The notes beneath the pieces are model-generated. The model saw only the letters and a list, made by a program, of their open reading frames with translations. It was not told the origin of the DNA and searched no databases. Shown piece after piece: positions 56,482 through 64,000 of a DNA stretch of 64,000 nucleotides; within the stretch, counting starts at the first letter, position 1; each line of letters opens with the position of its first letter. The position numbers and the translations under genes are program-made. Origin of the DNA: Chloroflexota bacterium (GTDB lineage Bacteria > Chloroflexota > Anaerolineae > Anaerolineales > E44-bin32); NCBI GenBank assembly GCA_022561215.1, contig JADFRQ010000006.1:14626-78625 (forward strand). Reading direction: 5' to 3'.

Positions 56482-57834
56482 CTACGTTAGCCTGGAGAGG
56501 AATAGGGTGGCCAATCCAAGGAAAATCGCGAAGCCGACACTATCTGTGATTGCAGTTACAAGAACGGAGGAAGCGAGAGCCGGATCTTGATTAAGTGCCC
56601 GCAGGCCAAGCGGTATTAACGTGCCCACCACTGCTGCGATGAGAATATTTGCAGCCAGAGCCAGAGATATGATTAATCCGAGATAAACGTTGCCCTTCCA
56701 GAGGTAAACACCGAAACCTACGACCAAACCTACAGCGAGCCCCTGAATGATGCCGATTGCAACTTGACGGTAGAGGGGCTTCAGAGTAACGCGTCCTGGA
56801 ATCTCGCCCAGCGCGTAGGCGCGCACAATCATCGCCAGACTCTGTGTAGCGGCATTGCCCCCTATACCCGCCACCACAGATTGAAAGACGGCCAGGAGCG
56901 CCACCTGCTGGAAGAGATTTTCAAAATTAGAAATTACCCACGCTGCAAAGAGTGCCGTGATCGAATTAAGAAAGAGCCATGGAAGTCTTCTGCGCACGGA
57001 AATGCCAACCGGGCTATGGATGCTCAAATCCGAATCAGAAATATTTGCCAGGCGGTAAATATCTTCCGTTGCTTCTTCCTCGATCACATCGACCAGATCG
57101 TCATGTGTAATTACGCCCTGCAAGTATCCGTTGTCATCAATGACAGGCATAACCGTAAGATCATAGCGCGACATGAGACGCGCCACCATTTCCTGATCTT
57201 CGATAGCATTGGCAGCGATAACATCTGTATCCATAAAGGATTGCACCAAATCTTCGGGCTGCGCAATAATGAGTTTTCTCATGCCGACAATCCCGATAAG
57301 ATAATTTACGTCATCAACTACGTACAAGTAATATGGGGTTTCAACGGCTGTTCCTATTTGCCGGAGAATACCAATCGCTTGCGCGGCACTAAACGAAGGC
57401 TGGATCGCTACATAGGAGGTCGTCATGAGCCCGCCAGCAGTTTCGTCGGGGTAGCTTAGAAGAGGGATAACTTCTTTGGCATCTTCCATTTCCGCCAGTG
57501 CTTCGGCGGCTCTGGCAGGAGGGATATCTCCCAATACATCGGCTGCCTCATCAGGTTCCATTTCATCAAGAACATCTGCCAGCAGCTCGGTAGGCAAACT
57601 TATGGCTACATCAGCGGCTTGCTCATCTTCAAGCTCCTCAAGGAGATCGGCGGCAACTGGAATATCCATTCCGGGAAGAAGAGCCGCTTGATCCTTGTTG
57701 TCCAGGTCCGAAAATGCCTCCGCTCGATCTGCGGGATGCAGGCGCACGAGAGCATTAATTGCCTCTTTAAGATTTCCAGATTGCAGTGCAATTCGAATTT
57801 CTTCGATTATGTGATCGATCTTTTTTTCATCCAT
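56482..57834 (-). CDS. mgtE: Magnesium transporter MgtE
   Basis: An N-terminal MgtE_N acidic domain is followed by tandem CBS (YLIGIVGMRKLI...; LQGVITHDDLVDVI) and a C-terminal 5-TM channel domain containing GNAATQS. Confidence 0.95.
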   Translation of the reverse strand: MDEKKIDHIIEEIRIALQSGNLKEAINALVRLHPADRAEAFSDLDNKDQAALLPGMDIPVAADLLEELEDEQAADVAISLPTELLADVLDEMEPDEAADVLGDIPPARAAEALAEMEDAKEVIPLLSYPDETAGGLMTTSYVAIQPSFSAAQAIGILRQIGTAVETPYYLYVVDDVNYLIGIVGMRKLIIAQPEDLVQSFMDTDVIAANAIEDQEMVARLMSRYDLTVMPVIDDNGYLQGVITHDDLVDVIEEEATEDIYRLANISDSDLSIHSPVGISVRRRLPWLFLNSITALFAAWVISNFENLFQQVALLAVFQSVVAGIGGNAATQSLAMIVRAYALGEIPGRVTLKPLYRQVAIGIIQGLAVGLVVGFGVYLWKGNVYLGLIISLALAANILIAAVVGTLIPLGLRALNQDPALASSVLVTAITDSVGFAIFLGLATLFLSRLT

Positions 57835-58277
57835 AGAGAGATTTTAACCTGCGTCGTTTATTGTATTAAGGGGCTCATTGCCGAAGGCCGAGGCCGTCCC
57901 AATACGGCTGATGGATCCTCGACCTTCTCCTAGAAGGAAGATCTACCCATTGCGCGTCACTAGCTTTGTGGGTTGGTGCAACGCGCGCTGAACCTCGTTC
58001 GCGGTTACCATAAACTGATTTTATTGGAGAAATTGGTTTCAGCAAGGGAAGCATTGACGTATCGTGTTATTGTCCGCGTCAGCTGCTGCGTAAGTCTCAA
58101 ATTTGAAGAACAATGTTCCTCTCGAGAGTGGATCAACATTCGAATGGATGTCGAACGTTAGATTTGCAAGCCCGGGAGTTTATGGAAAAATGCCTTCAAC
58201 CTAAGGCGCTCCGTGAACGAGATAGCATCATGCAGGATCATGATATTAATACTCGCCAGGTGAAAGCAAATTCGAAT
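57790..58277. promoter_or_regulatory. Three copies of the palindrome ATTCGAAT clustered at the mgtE 5' end and upstream region
   Basis: The exact octamer occurs at 57791-57798 (inside mgtE codons 13-15, extended AATTCGAATT), at 58138-58145 (extended CATTCGAATG) and at 58270-58277. Two further copies lie at 39766-39773 and 51691-51698. Confidence 0.3.
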
Positions 58278-58495
58278 GATTGCAAGTTGGAGACAAATCG
58301 AACGAACTCTGGATGGGTTTGATCGATCATCAAAAAGCATCTGCGCACATAATCGCGCAAGTTTTGTCGGCCCTGCAAGGAATCGTTTCATATAAAAATT
58401 GAATGAGCGCCGCACGAATCACGGCCGGAATCACAAACCCTGAGTAATTAAGAATAACAAACAATCGATAAAACCATTTAACCCCATCCTATATT

Positions 58496-59752
58496 TCATT
58501 TTTCGAGCAAGATCTCAATGGCTTTCTCCAATTGTATATCGCCTTCGTCCAATTCATCCGCAAGTAGAATCTCTATATCAGGCGCCAAACCAGATTGATG
58601 GATTTGTCTGTCGTTCGGCGTAAACCAGCGCGCAATGGTTACACGAACGGCGCCTGATTCACCCTCCAATTGAATCCAATTCTGGACGGTTCCCTTGCCA
58701 AATGATGTTTCTCCAACCAAAATTCCGCGCGCATGATCTTGAATTGCTCCGGCAACAATCTCGGAGGCCGATGCTGAGCCGCCATTAATCAAGATCACGA
58801 GTGGAATCTCGGTTGCCAATCCACCCTCCGTCGCGCGATGAATTTCGACACGGCCACCACCGAATTTTTCTCGAAGGACGATTTCACCATCGAGAAACTC
58901 AGACGCTACATCAACCGAAACGTTCAGCAATCCTCCCGGATTGCCGCGAAGATCGAGGATGACACCAACCGTATCATCCGAAATTAAGGTTTGAAGAGCA
59001 TCATGAAATTCCCCGCCGGCCTTCCCCCCGAATCCGAATATTTTCACATAGACAATATCGCCCTCTAAGATTCTGCTCTCTACAGAAGGCACGGATATTT
59101 TCTGGCGCAGAATTTCAACTTCAAAAGGTTGCGAAAGATCTTTACGCCGTACGAGCAGGCGAACTGTGGTCCCGGCGGGACCAAGAACGCGGCGAATGAC
59201 AAGATTGCCGTCTATTCCCGTCATATCCTCGCCGTCGACTTCGATAATTTCATCACCCGGCAAAAGTCCCGCTTCTTCAGCAGGCGAGTCAGGTATCGTT
59301 GAAATTACGGTCAAATATTCGATATCGGGATCGACGTAAACACCAATCCCCTCGTATTCTCCTTCTAACTGAGAGTTGGCTTGAAAGTATTGATTGGGAT
59401 CCATGTAGCTGGTGGCAGAATCGCCAAGGGAGTCCAGCATCCCCTGGATGGCTCCACGCATGAGTTCAAGATCATCCACGGGTTGATCGACAAATTGTTC
59501 CTGCACTATCTCCCAGGTTTCCCAAAATGGGCGAAAAAGTTCTTGGATTTCATCGTGAGATAACGATTCCCTGTTAAGAGATGGAGCCGTAGAAGAAATG
59601 GGTGCGGAAAAGATTTCCGGGAGCAATAGGTTTGTCTCTTCTCGAATCCCCTCATATGCGGCACCGATAATCAATCCTGCGGTAAAGATTCCACCCGCAA
59701 GAAAAATTACCAAACCCATTCCAATCAAGAATTTCAATACTCTGGATGACAT
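58496..59752 (-). CDS. ctpA: Carboxyl-terminal processing protease (S41A family) with PDZ domain
   Basis: An N-terminal TM anchor is followed by PDZ (AGLLPGDEIIEVDGEDM) and the catalytic region LDLRGNPGG...INGGSASASEIVAGAIQD...VGETSFGKGTVQ. Confidence 0.9.
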   Translation of the reverse strand: MSSRVLKFLIGMGLVIFLAGGIFTAGLIIGAAYEGIREETNLLLPEIFSAPISSTAPSLNRESLSHDEIQELFRPFWETWEIVQEQFVDQPVDDLELMRGAIQGMLDSLGDSATSYMDPNQYFQANSQLEGEYEGIGVYVDPDIEYLTVISTIPDSPAEEAGLLPGDEIIEVDGEDMTGIDGNLVIRRVLGPAGTTVRLLVRRKDLSQPFEVEILRQKISVPSVESRILEGDIVYVKIFGFGGKAGGEFHDALQTLISDDTVGVILDLRGNPGGLLNVSVDVASEFLDGEIVLREKFGGGRVEIHRATEGGLATEIPLVILINGGSASASEIVAGAIQDHARGILVGETSFGKGTVQNWIQLEGESGAVRVTIARWFTPNDRQIHQSGLAPDIEILLADELDEGDIQLEKAIEILLEK

Positions 59753-59826
59753 GATTTACAGTCCTTGACTTCATTCATTTGTTCAAAGGCTATCACACCT
59801 AGATAAGCACAGAGTGAACATGCGGG

Positions 59827-60687
59827 TTAGGCAAGCTGATTAAGATTGTGGTAGTTAATCCACTCTGCCACGAGCAATTTGTGTTCTTCTTTTCCTGCCG
59901 TTTCAATGTACTTCAGGGTTGCTTTTCCATCGAGGGGATAAAGGGGATGACAGGAGGATGGCCAGGCTCCCTTGGGCGCTTCCACAACAGCATCAACGGT
60001 AAGGCCAAAGATATCCGCTTTTTCTAAACGAGGTGAAATTTTTTCGGTTGTGATAATAACACTCTTGGCCGCCATGGCCAGCTCTTGATCGACCCCAAGG
60101 TTTCCACCGATAATGGCATTCCCTTGGGGGTCGGCTTCCAGGGCATGTATCACGGCCACATCACAAGTTATTGGAGGAAATGCGGTCAGTTCCTCTCCGC
60201 TGTAGGGGTCGATTACTTTCTTCACATCCGGCCGCAGAGTGAATAAATCTGTCCCGGTCCATGCGTGGGATGGCATAAATCCTACACCTGAAATCGAGGC
60301 TTTCAAACCAAAAGCAAGGCTTGCTTCGGTTTCTTCGATAATGTTGATCTCGCCCGCGGCTGCTGATGATGTAAAATGAGGGGCCAGCCCAAATGCTTCC
60401 AAACCAATGTAGCAACTGCGAATGTTTTTCACCATTCCAGCGCCGATGAGCAGATCGGTCTCAAGTCCTGCCGTGAACGCTATGATGGTAAGATCTCTGG
60501 GAAAACCACTTTTTGAATGTTCGGCCAACAAGGCAAGTGCGAATGCCATGGGTCGGCGGTAGAGCGTTATGCCACCAAACGCGAGCCGGCCTCCGATTTT
60601 GGGAATAAGTTCCACGGCATCCTTCATGTCCATTTTCAAGTCATTCACTATTGTGACCCTTCTCCGCTTCCTTCTGTAGGCCTGCAA
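59827..60687 (-). CDS. CoA-transferase subunit A-like protein (glutaconate CoA-transferase GctA-like)
   Basis: MKDAVELIPKIGGRLAFGG...DVAVIHALEADPQGN...VDAVVEAPKGAWPSSC parallels GctA from my memory of that family. The probable start is the ATG at 60633 (MDMKDAV), which removes the overlap with the upstream small ORF. Confidence 0.65.
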   Translation of the reverse strand: MQAYRRKRRRVTIVNDLKMDMKDAVELIPKIGGRLAFGGITLYRRPMAFALALLAEHSKSGFPRDLTIIAFTAGLETDLLIGAGMVKNIRSCYIGLEAFGLAPHFTSSAAAGEINIIEETEASLAFGLKASISGVGFMPSHAWTGTDLFTLRPDVKKVIDPYSGEELTAFPPITCDVAVIHALEADPQGNAIIGGNLGVDQELAMAAKSVIITTEKISPRLEKADIFGLTVDAVVEAPKGAWPSSCHPLYPLDGKATLKYIETAGKEEHKLLVAEWINYHNLNQLA

Positions 60688-60880
60688 CCCTCGATCTTAG
60701 CTCTTCCAATTCTCGGTCCTCCTCTTTCCATGGATTCCGTGCAATCTTGAATAGCTTTAAAGCGCCGCGATAGGGATGCGAGCCTCGGCTTCGCAAATGG
60801 GATAAAAGCAAAGCTCCGTTTATCAATACAATAAGCCCAATAGCGGCGCCCAAGATAATTGGAATTGTCTTCGAGTCCAT
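60641..60880 (-). CDS. Small membrane protein (one TM helix plus charged coiled-coil tail)
   Basis: MDSKTIPIILGAAIGLIVLINGALLLSHL then ...KEEDRELEELRSRVAGLQKEAEK. I prefer it over the overlapping 60648-60896 frame because it has a clean TM helix and fits the gap between the flanking genes. Confidence 0.4.
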   Translation of the reverse strand: MDSKTIPIILGAAIGLIVLINGALLLSHLRSRGSHPYRGALKLFKIARNPWKEEDRELEELRSRVAGLQKEAEKGHNSE

Positions 60881-60902
60881 TTAGGCCTCCATCCATTCCG
60901 TG

Positions 60903-61553
60903 TTAAGCGGGAGAAAAGATGCGTTCACTCAATTCCTCGATAGTGGTGATGTTGTGATCCACGAATTTTGAACGGCTATCGCCGATAAGAATTGTCCTCA
61001 TACCGAGCGCCTTCGCAGGGATTAAATTTCGAATCTGATCGTCAACGATCATACATCTGGATGGATCTGGAGATCCACTTCGTTCGAGTGCGCACTGATA
61101 GGCCTCCGGAAGGGGTTTGTTGACATAATTCAGGGATTGAATGTCGATGATCCGGTCAAATAGGTCGCTGACATCGAGGCACATTAAAACCCGTTCGGCA
61201 TGTGCTCGACTGGCATTGGTGAAAATTATTTTCTTGAACTTGATCGCCTGCAGGATCAAGCGCAGTTCCGGGGAAGGAGAAATCAATTCTTCGATACGAA
61301 TGTCATGCACGTAGTCTAAATATTCTTCGGCGTCGATTGTATAAAATGTACGCAATCCCTGCAAGGTGGTTCCAAAGGTCCGGGAATATTGCTGCCGAAG
61401 CGACTGCGCTTCATCTTCCGAGATTTGCAAACGATCAACCATGAATAAATCTATTTTCTTGCTAATTGCCCTCCAGACGCCATTGTTTTTAGGATAAAGA
61501 GTTTCATCAATATCGAAGAACAATGTCTGATAAAAATTTACTGCTCTGGCCAT
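60903..61553 (-). CDS. HAD-superfamily hydrolase, pyrimidine 5'-nucleotidase (SDT1-like)
   Basis: HAD motif I is FFDIDETLY, motif II is IFTNAS and motif IV is MIVDDQIRNL. Confidence 0.8.
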   Translation of the reverse strand: MARAVNFYQTLFFDIDETLYPKNNGVWRAISKKIDLFMVDRLQISEDEAQSLRQQYSRTFGTTLQGLRTFYTIDAEEYLDYVHDIRIEELISPSPELRLILQAIKFKKIIFTNASRAHAERVLMCLDVSDLFDRIIDIQSLNYVNKPLPEAYQCALERSGSPDPSRCMIVDDQIRNLIPAKALGMRTILIGDSRSKFVDHNITTIEELSERIFSPA

Positions 61554-61837
61554 TCTTCATCATCCTCGGTTATGACGATTATTGTGCTCCCGGTTGGGGG
61601 AGGTAGATTTCGTCCATAACCAAACCACCAAATGAGAAATAGCGCAACAGCAATAAGAATTGCCATCAAGAGCATATTCCATGCATCTCGGAATTTTGAC
61701 CAGCGGAGAATAAAAACGATCGTGGGTAGGTAGAGGATTAGCGCAAACCGCGGACGAAGGTGTTTTTCAATGCGAGGCCATAGGATGCCCAAACTGGCGA
61801 GAACGAGCGCGAGAAGAATTATTGTAGACCAGTCCAC
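61538..61837 (-). CDS. Small hypothetical membrane protein (3 TM) with acidic C-terminus
   Basis: 99 aa with three clear hydrophobic helices and the tail ITEDDEEWPEQ. It overlaps the HAD gene by 16 nt. Confidence 0.4.
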   Translation of the reverse strand: MDWSTIILLALVLASLGILWPRIEKHLRPRFALILYLPTIVFILRWSKFRDAWNMLLMAILIAVALFLIWWFGYGRNLPPPTGSTIIVITEDDEEWPEQ

Positions 61838-61917
61838 TTGAAACAGTATAAGTTGCCGCGCAGAGAAGTGTCAACTCTTGGGGCCAAGGTTATAATCCAC
61901 CAAGTCAGGAGGGTGTT

Positions 61918-63615
61918 TTGGCCATTCGTATTTTGCCGGATGAGGTCGCATCGGCCATTGCAGCTGGAGAAGTGGTTGAACGGCCAGATTCGGTTGTAAA
62001 AGAGTTAATTGAGAATGCAATTGATGCAGCGGCGAAACGGATTCAAATTACCATTGAACAAGGCGGCAAGAAACTAATTGAAGTGATCGATGATGGCGTG
62101 GGCATTCCCGCGCAGGATGTTCCCTTGGCGATTGCCCGCCATGCCACATCCAAACTTAGCTCTACCGAAGATCTTTACAAAATTCAAACCTTGGGATTTC
62201 GAGGCGAGGCACTATCCTCTATGGGCGCTGTTTCCCACTTGGAAATTCTGACTCACTTTTCAGGGGAGAACCTTGGCACACGATTAAGTGTATCGGGCGG
62301 AAAAATTTCGCCGCCGACCGCAATCGGCGCGCCAATCGGAACCACGGTTCGTGTGCGCGATCTTTTCTTTAACATCCCTGTGCGCCTAAAATTCTTAAAA
62401 TCAGAAGCTACAGAACGCAGAAGGATACGGGCACTCGTTTCGCGATATGCATTAGCTTATTCAAAAGTGTCATTCACGCTGATGCAGGGTTCACGGAAGA
62501 GTTTGCAAACCACGGGGAATGGAGATCGAAGGGAAATTCTCGCCTCCATGTTTGGCGTTGAAGTCGCCAAGAGTATGATCACGCTTCCCGATCCTATCAA
62601 AAGCCCAATTAGGGTGACCGGTTTTATTAGTCCACCCGCTGTCCACCGCGGCTCCAGGCGTGGAATTACGTTATTTGTACAGGGCCGATGGATCCAGGAT
62701 CCAAGCCTATCCGCCGCGGTTTTGCAGGCCTATCATGGATTGCTCATGGTCGGGCGATTTCCGTTGGCGACAGTGCTCATTGATTTGCCTCCAGAAGATG
62801 TTGATGTGAATGTCCATCCGGCCAAAGGGGAGGTGCGCTTCAAAGAGCCAAACAAGATTTTTACCGTCGTGCAGCGGACAATACGCGCCACATTGCTCCA
62901 TCAAGTACAGCCGCCGGAATTGGAAATTAATCGCGCCTGGAATTTGAAGGATACGCCCCAACCGCAGACCGTCTGGCACGCAGAAGATTCCAAAGTAGAA
63001 CCGATAAATCGCCAGCGCATAATTCCTAATTTCGAGGTGCCAATCTTGCGCTCGGTTGGCCAAGTGGGTGCCGCCTATCTGGTCGCCGAAGGTCCTGACG
63101 GAATCTATTTGATTGACCAACATGCTGCTCACGAGAGAGTTCTATTTGAGGCACTCATGCAGCTCTGGAAGGCAGGAGAGATCGAATCGCAACACTTGTT
63201 AGCTCCACTAAATATCGACTTGAACCACGATGAGGCTGCCCTATTGAACGAGCAATTGGCAGCTGTCCAATCTCTGGGTTTTGATATCGAACATTTTGGA
63301 GGAGACTCTTTTCGCCTGCGCGCGGTGCCGGCAATTTTATCAAATTCTGATCCGCAGGAGACTCTGCGCACGGTGGTCGAGGATTTTGAAGAGGATGAAG
63401 GAGAATTTGCTGCAGAGGTGGAAGCGCGCCTCGCGGCAAGAGTTTGCAAAAGAGCTGCGATTAAGTCGGGTCAGATTCTTTCTTTGCAGGAACAACGTCA
63501 ATTATTAAGCGATCTTGAACATTGTGAATCTCCGCGCACATGTCCGCATGGAAGACCCACGATGATTTATTTGTCCGTGGATGTTCTCGAACGCCAATTT
63601 GGAAGGCGTGGATAA
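61918..63615 (+). CDS. mutL: DNA mismatch repair protein MutL (endonuclease-proficient type)
   Basis: TTG start. The GHKL ATPase motifs are VVKELIENAIDA, DDGVGI and FRGEALSS. The C-terminal endonuclease motifs are DQHAAHERVLFE and CPHGRP. Confidence 0.95.
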   Translation: MAIRILPDEVASAIAAGEVVERPDSVVKELIENAIDAAAKRIQITIEQGGKKLIEVIDDGVGIPAQDVPLAIARHATSKLSSTEDLYKIQTLGFRGEALSSMGAVSHLEILTHFSGENLGTRLSVSGGKISPPTAIGAPIGTTVRVRDLFFNIPVRLKFLKSEATERRRIRALVSRYALAYSKVSFTLMQGSRKSLQTTGNGDRREILASMFGVEVAKSMITLPDPIKSPIRVTGFISPPAVHRGSRRGITLFVQGRWIQDPSLSAAVLQAYHGLLMVGRFPLATVLIDLPPEDVDVNVHPAKGEVRFKEPNKIFTVVQRTIRATLLHQVQPPELEINRAWNLKDTPQPQTVWHAEDSKVEPINRQRIIPNFEVPILRSVGQVGAAYLVAEGPDGIYLIDQHAAHERVLFEALMQLWKAGEIESQHLLAPLNIDLNHDEAALLNEQLAAVQSLGFDIEHFGGDSFRLRAVPAILSNSDPQETLRTVVEDFEEDEGEFAAEVEARLAARVCKRAAIKSGQILSLQEQRQLLSDLEHCESPRTCPHGRPTMIYLSVDVLERQFGRRG

Positions 63616-64000
63616 TTGAATGCCGGTTGCGTATCCTGCCGCGCTGCAGTTTCCGACGGGAGCTGAATTGAGAATGTGCTGCCTTCACCAACCCGACTTT
63701 CGACCATTATTTTTCCCCCATGACTTTCAATAATTCTTTTCGCGATCGCCAGGCCCAAGCCTGTTCCCGATGCCTCTCCAGATTGCGTGGGAACTCTATA
63801 AAAGCGATCAAATATATAGGGAAGCGAATCTTCGGGAATGCCTCGTCCAGTATCTTGGATTGAAAGAAAGAGGGACTTGCTTTTGCGTTTCAGGCGAACA
63901 CTTATTCTGCCGCCTTTCACATTGTACTTAATGGCATTGGTTAAGAGATTAAGGAGAACCTGTTTCAGTCCTTTTCGATCTCCATGAACAGGCGTGATCG
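63567..64000 (-). CDS. Sensor histidine kinase, C-terminal HATPase_c part only (5' end outside the window)
   Basis: Reading continues open to position 64000 (..GDRKGLKQVLLNLLTNAIKYNVKGG). It is followed by IQDTGRGIPED...FDRFYRV...GTGLGLAIAKRIIESHGG. The 3' tail overlaps the convergent mutL gene by 49 nt. Confidence 0.8.
   Translation of the reverse strand, partial: ITPVHGDRKGLKQVLLNLLTNAIKYNVKGGRISVRLKRKSKSLFLSIQDTGRGIPEDSLPYIFDRFYRVPTQSGEASGTGLGLAIAKRIIESHGGKIMVESRVGEGSTFSIQLPSETAARQDTQPAFNYPRLPNWRSRTSTDK

Noticed and set aside
57835-58010. M-box (ykoK) Mg2+ riboswitch expected upstream of mgtE.
   Set aside because: On the minus strand only one short stretch (CCCACAAAGCUAGUGACGCGCAAUGGGU) resembles the M-box core (CCCA...GACGCUAAUGGGU). 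The conserved GUUAGGUGAGGCU and ACAGUGCUAAAGCUC blocks are absent. That is not enough evidence without a covariance-model scan.
60648-60896. An 82-aa ORF overlapping the 79-aa small membrane protein ORF in another frame.
   Set aside because: Its product has no TM helix or other protein-like features and runs into the HAD gene region. The 60641-60880 frame gives a clean TM helix plus a coiled coil and fits the intergenic space.
1-64000. A window-wide look for CRISPR arrays, rRNA/tRNA genes, IS elements, integrases, prophage or toxin-antitoxin/defence islands.
   Set aside because: I saw no direct-repeat/spacer periodicity, no transposase, integrase or recombinase-like ORFs, and no canonical tRNA cloverleaf. 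The only GGTTCGAA-type T-loop is the rejected one at 32323. The window reads as core chromosome. A computational scan (tRNAscan-SE, Infernal, CRISPR finders, DefenseFinder/PADLOC) is still needed to confirm this.

Overview
This 64-kb window reads as an ordinary bacterial chromosome segment. It is about 92% coding, with roughly 55 protein genes on both strands. I found no rRNA, tRNA, CRISPR array, transposase or integrase. Gene content suggests a filamentous monoderm such as Chloroflexota/Anaerolineae, but that is inference only and was not computed: a Tad pilus operon without a secretin, many GT-C membrane glycosyltransferase-like genes, a GldA/F/G-like ABC system, a long-form HPF and a MutL with the endonuclease motif.

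Confidently recognised housekeeping genes are thpR, rsfS, ndk, hppA, rpoD, folC, mfd, pth, L25/Ctc, trmI, mgtE, mutL, hpf, comFC and phnCDE.

Regions worth a second look:
- A 1279-aa TPR protein (4648-8487). Its hyper-acidic linker of about 900 aa carries 18 copies of a x-x-W-[LMV] short motif.
- A 13-kb run of eight consecutive polytopic GT-C-like membrane proteins (17153-30156).
- A Tad-type pilus motor operon (32486-38364). It has a receiver-domain TadZ fusion and no pilin or prepilin peptidase. A cytoplasmic DegS/DegU-like two-component pair lies upstream and comFC downstream.
- A catalytically degenerate HATPase-REC-pseudoREC protein (730-2061) next to a PP2C phosphatase.
- Several large unexplained non-coding gaps, a probable frameshifted gene, an unannotated 56-codon ORF coupled to pth, and a recurring ATTCGAAT palindrome around the mgtE 5' region.

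The ORF track uses alternative start codons, so 5' ends are approximate. All family assignments come from reading motifs by eye; no database search was run.
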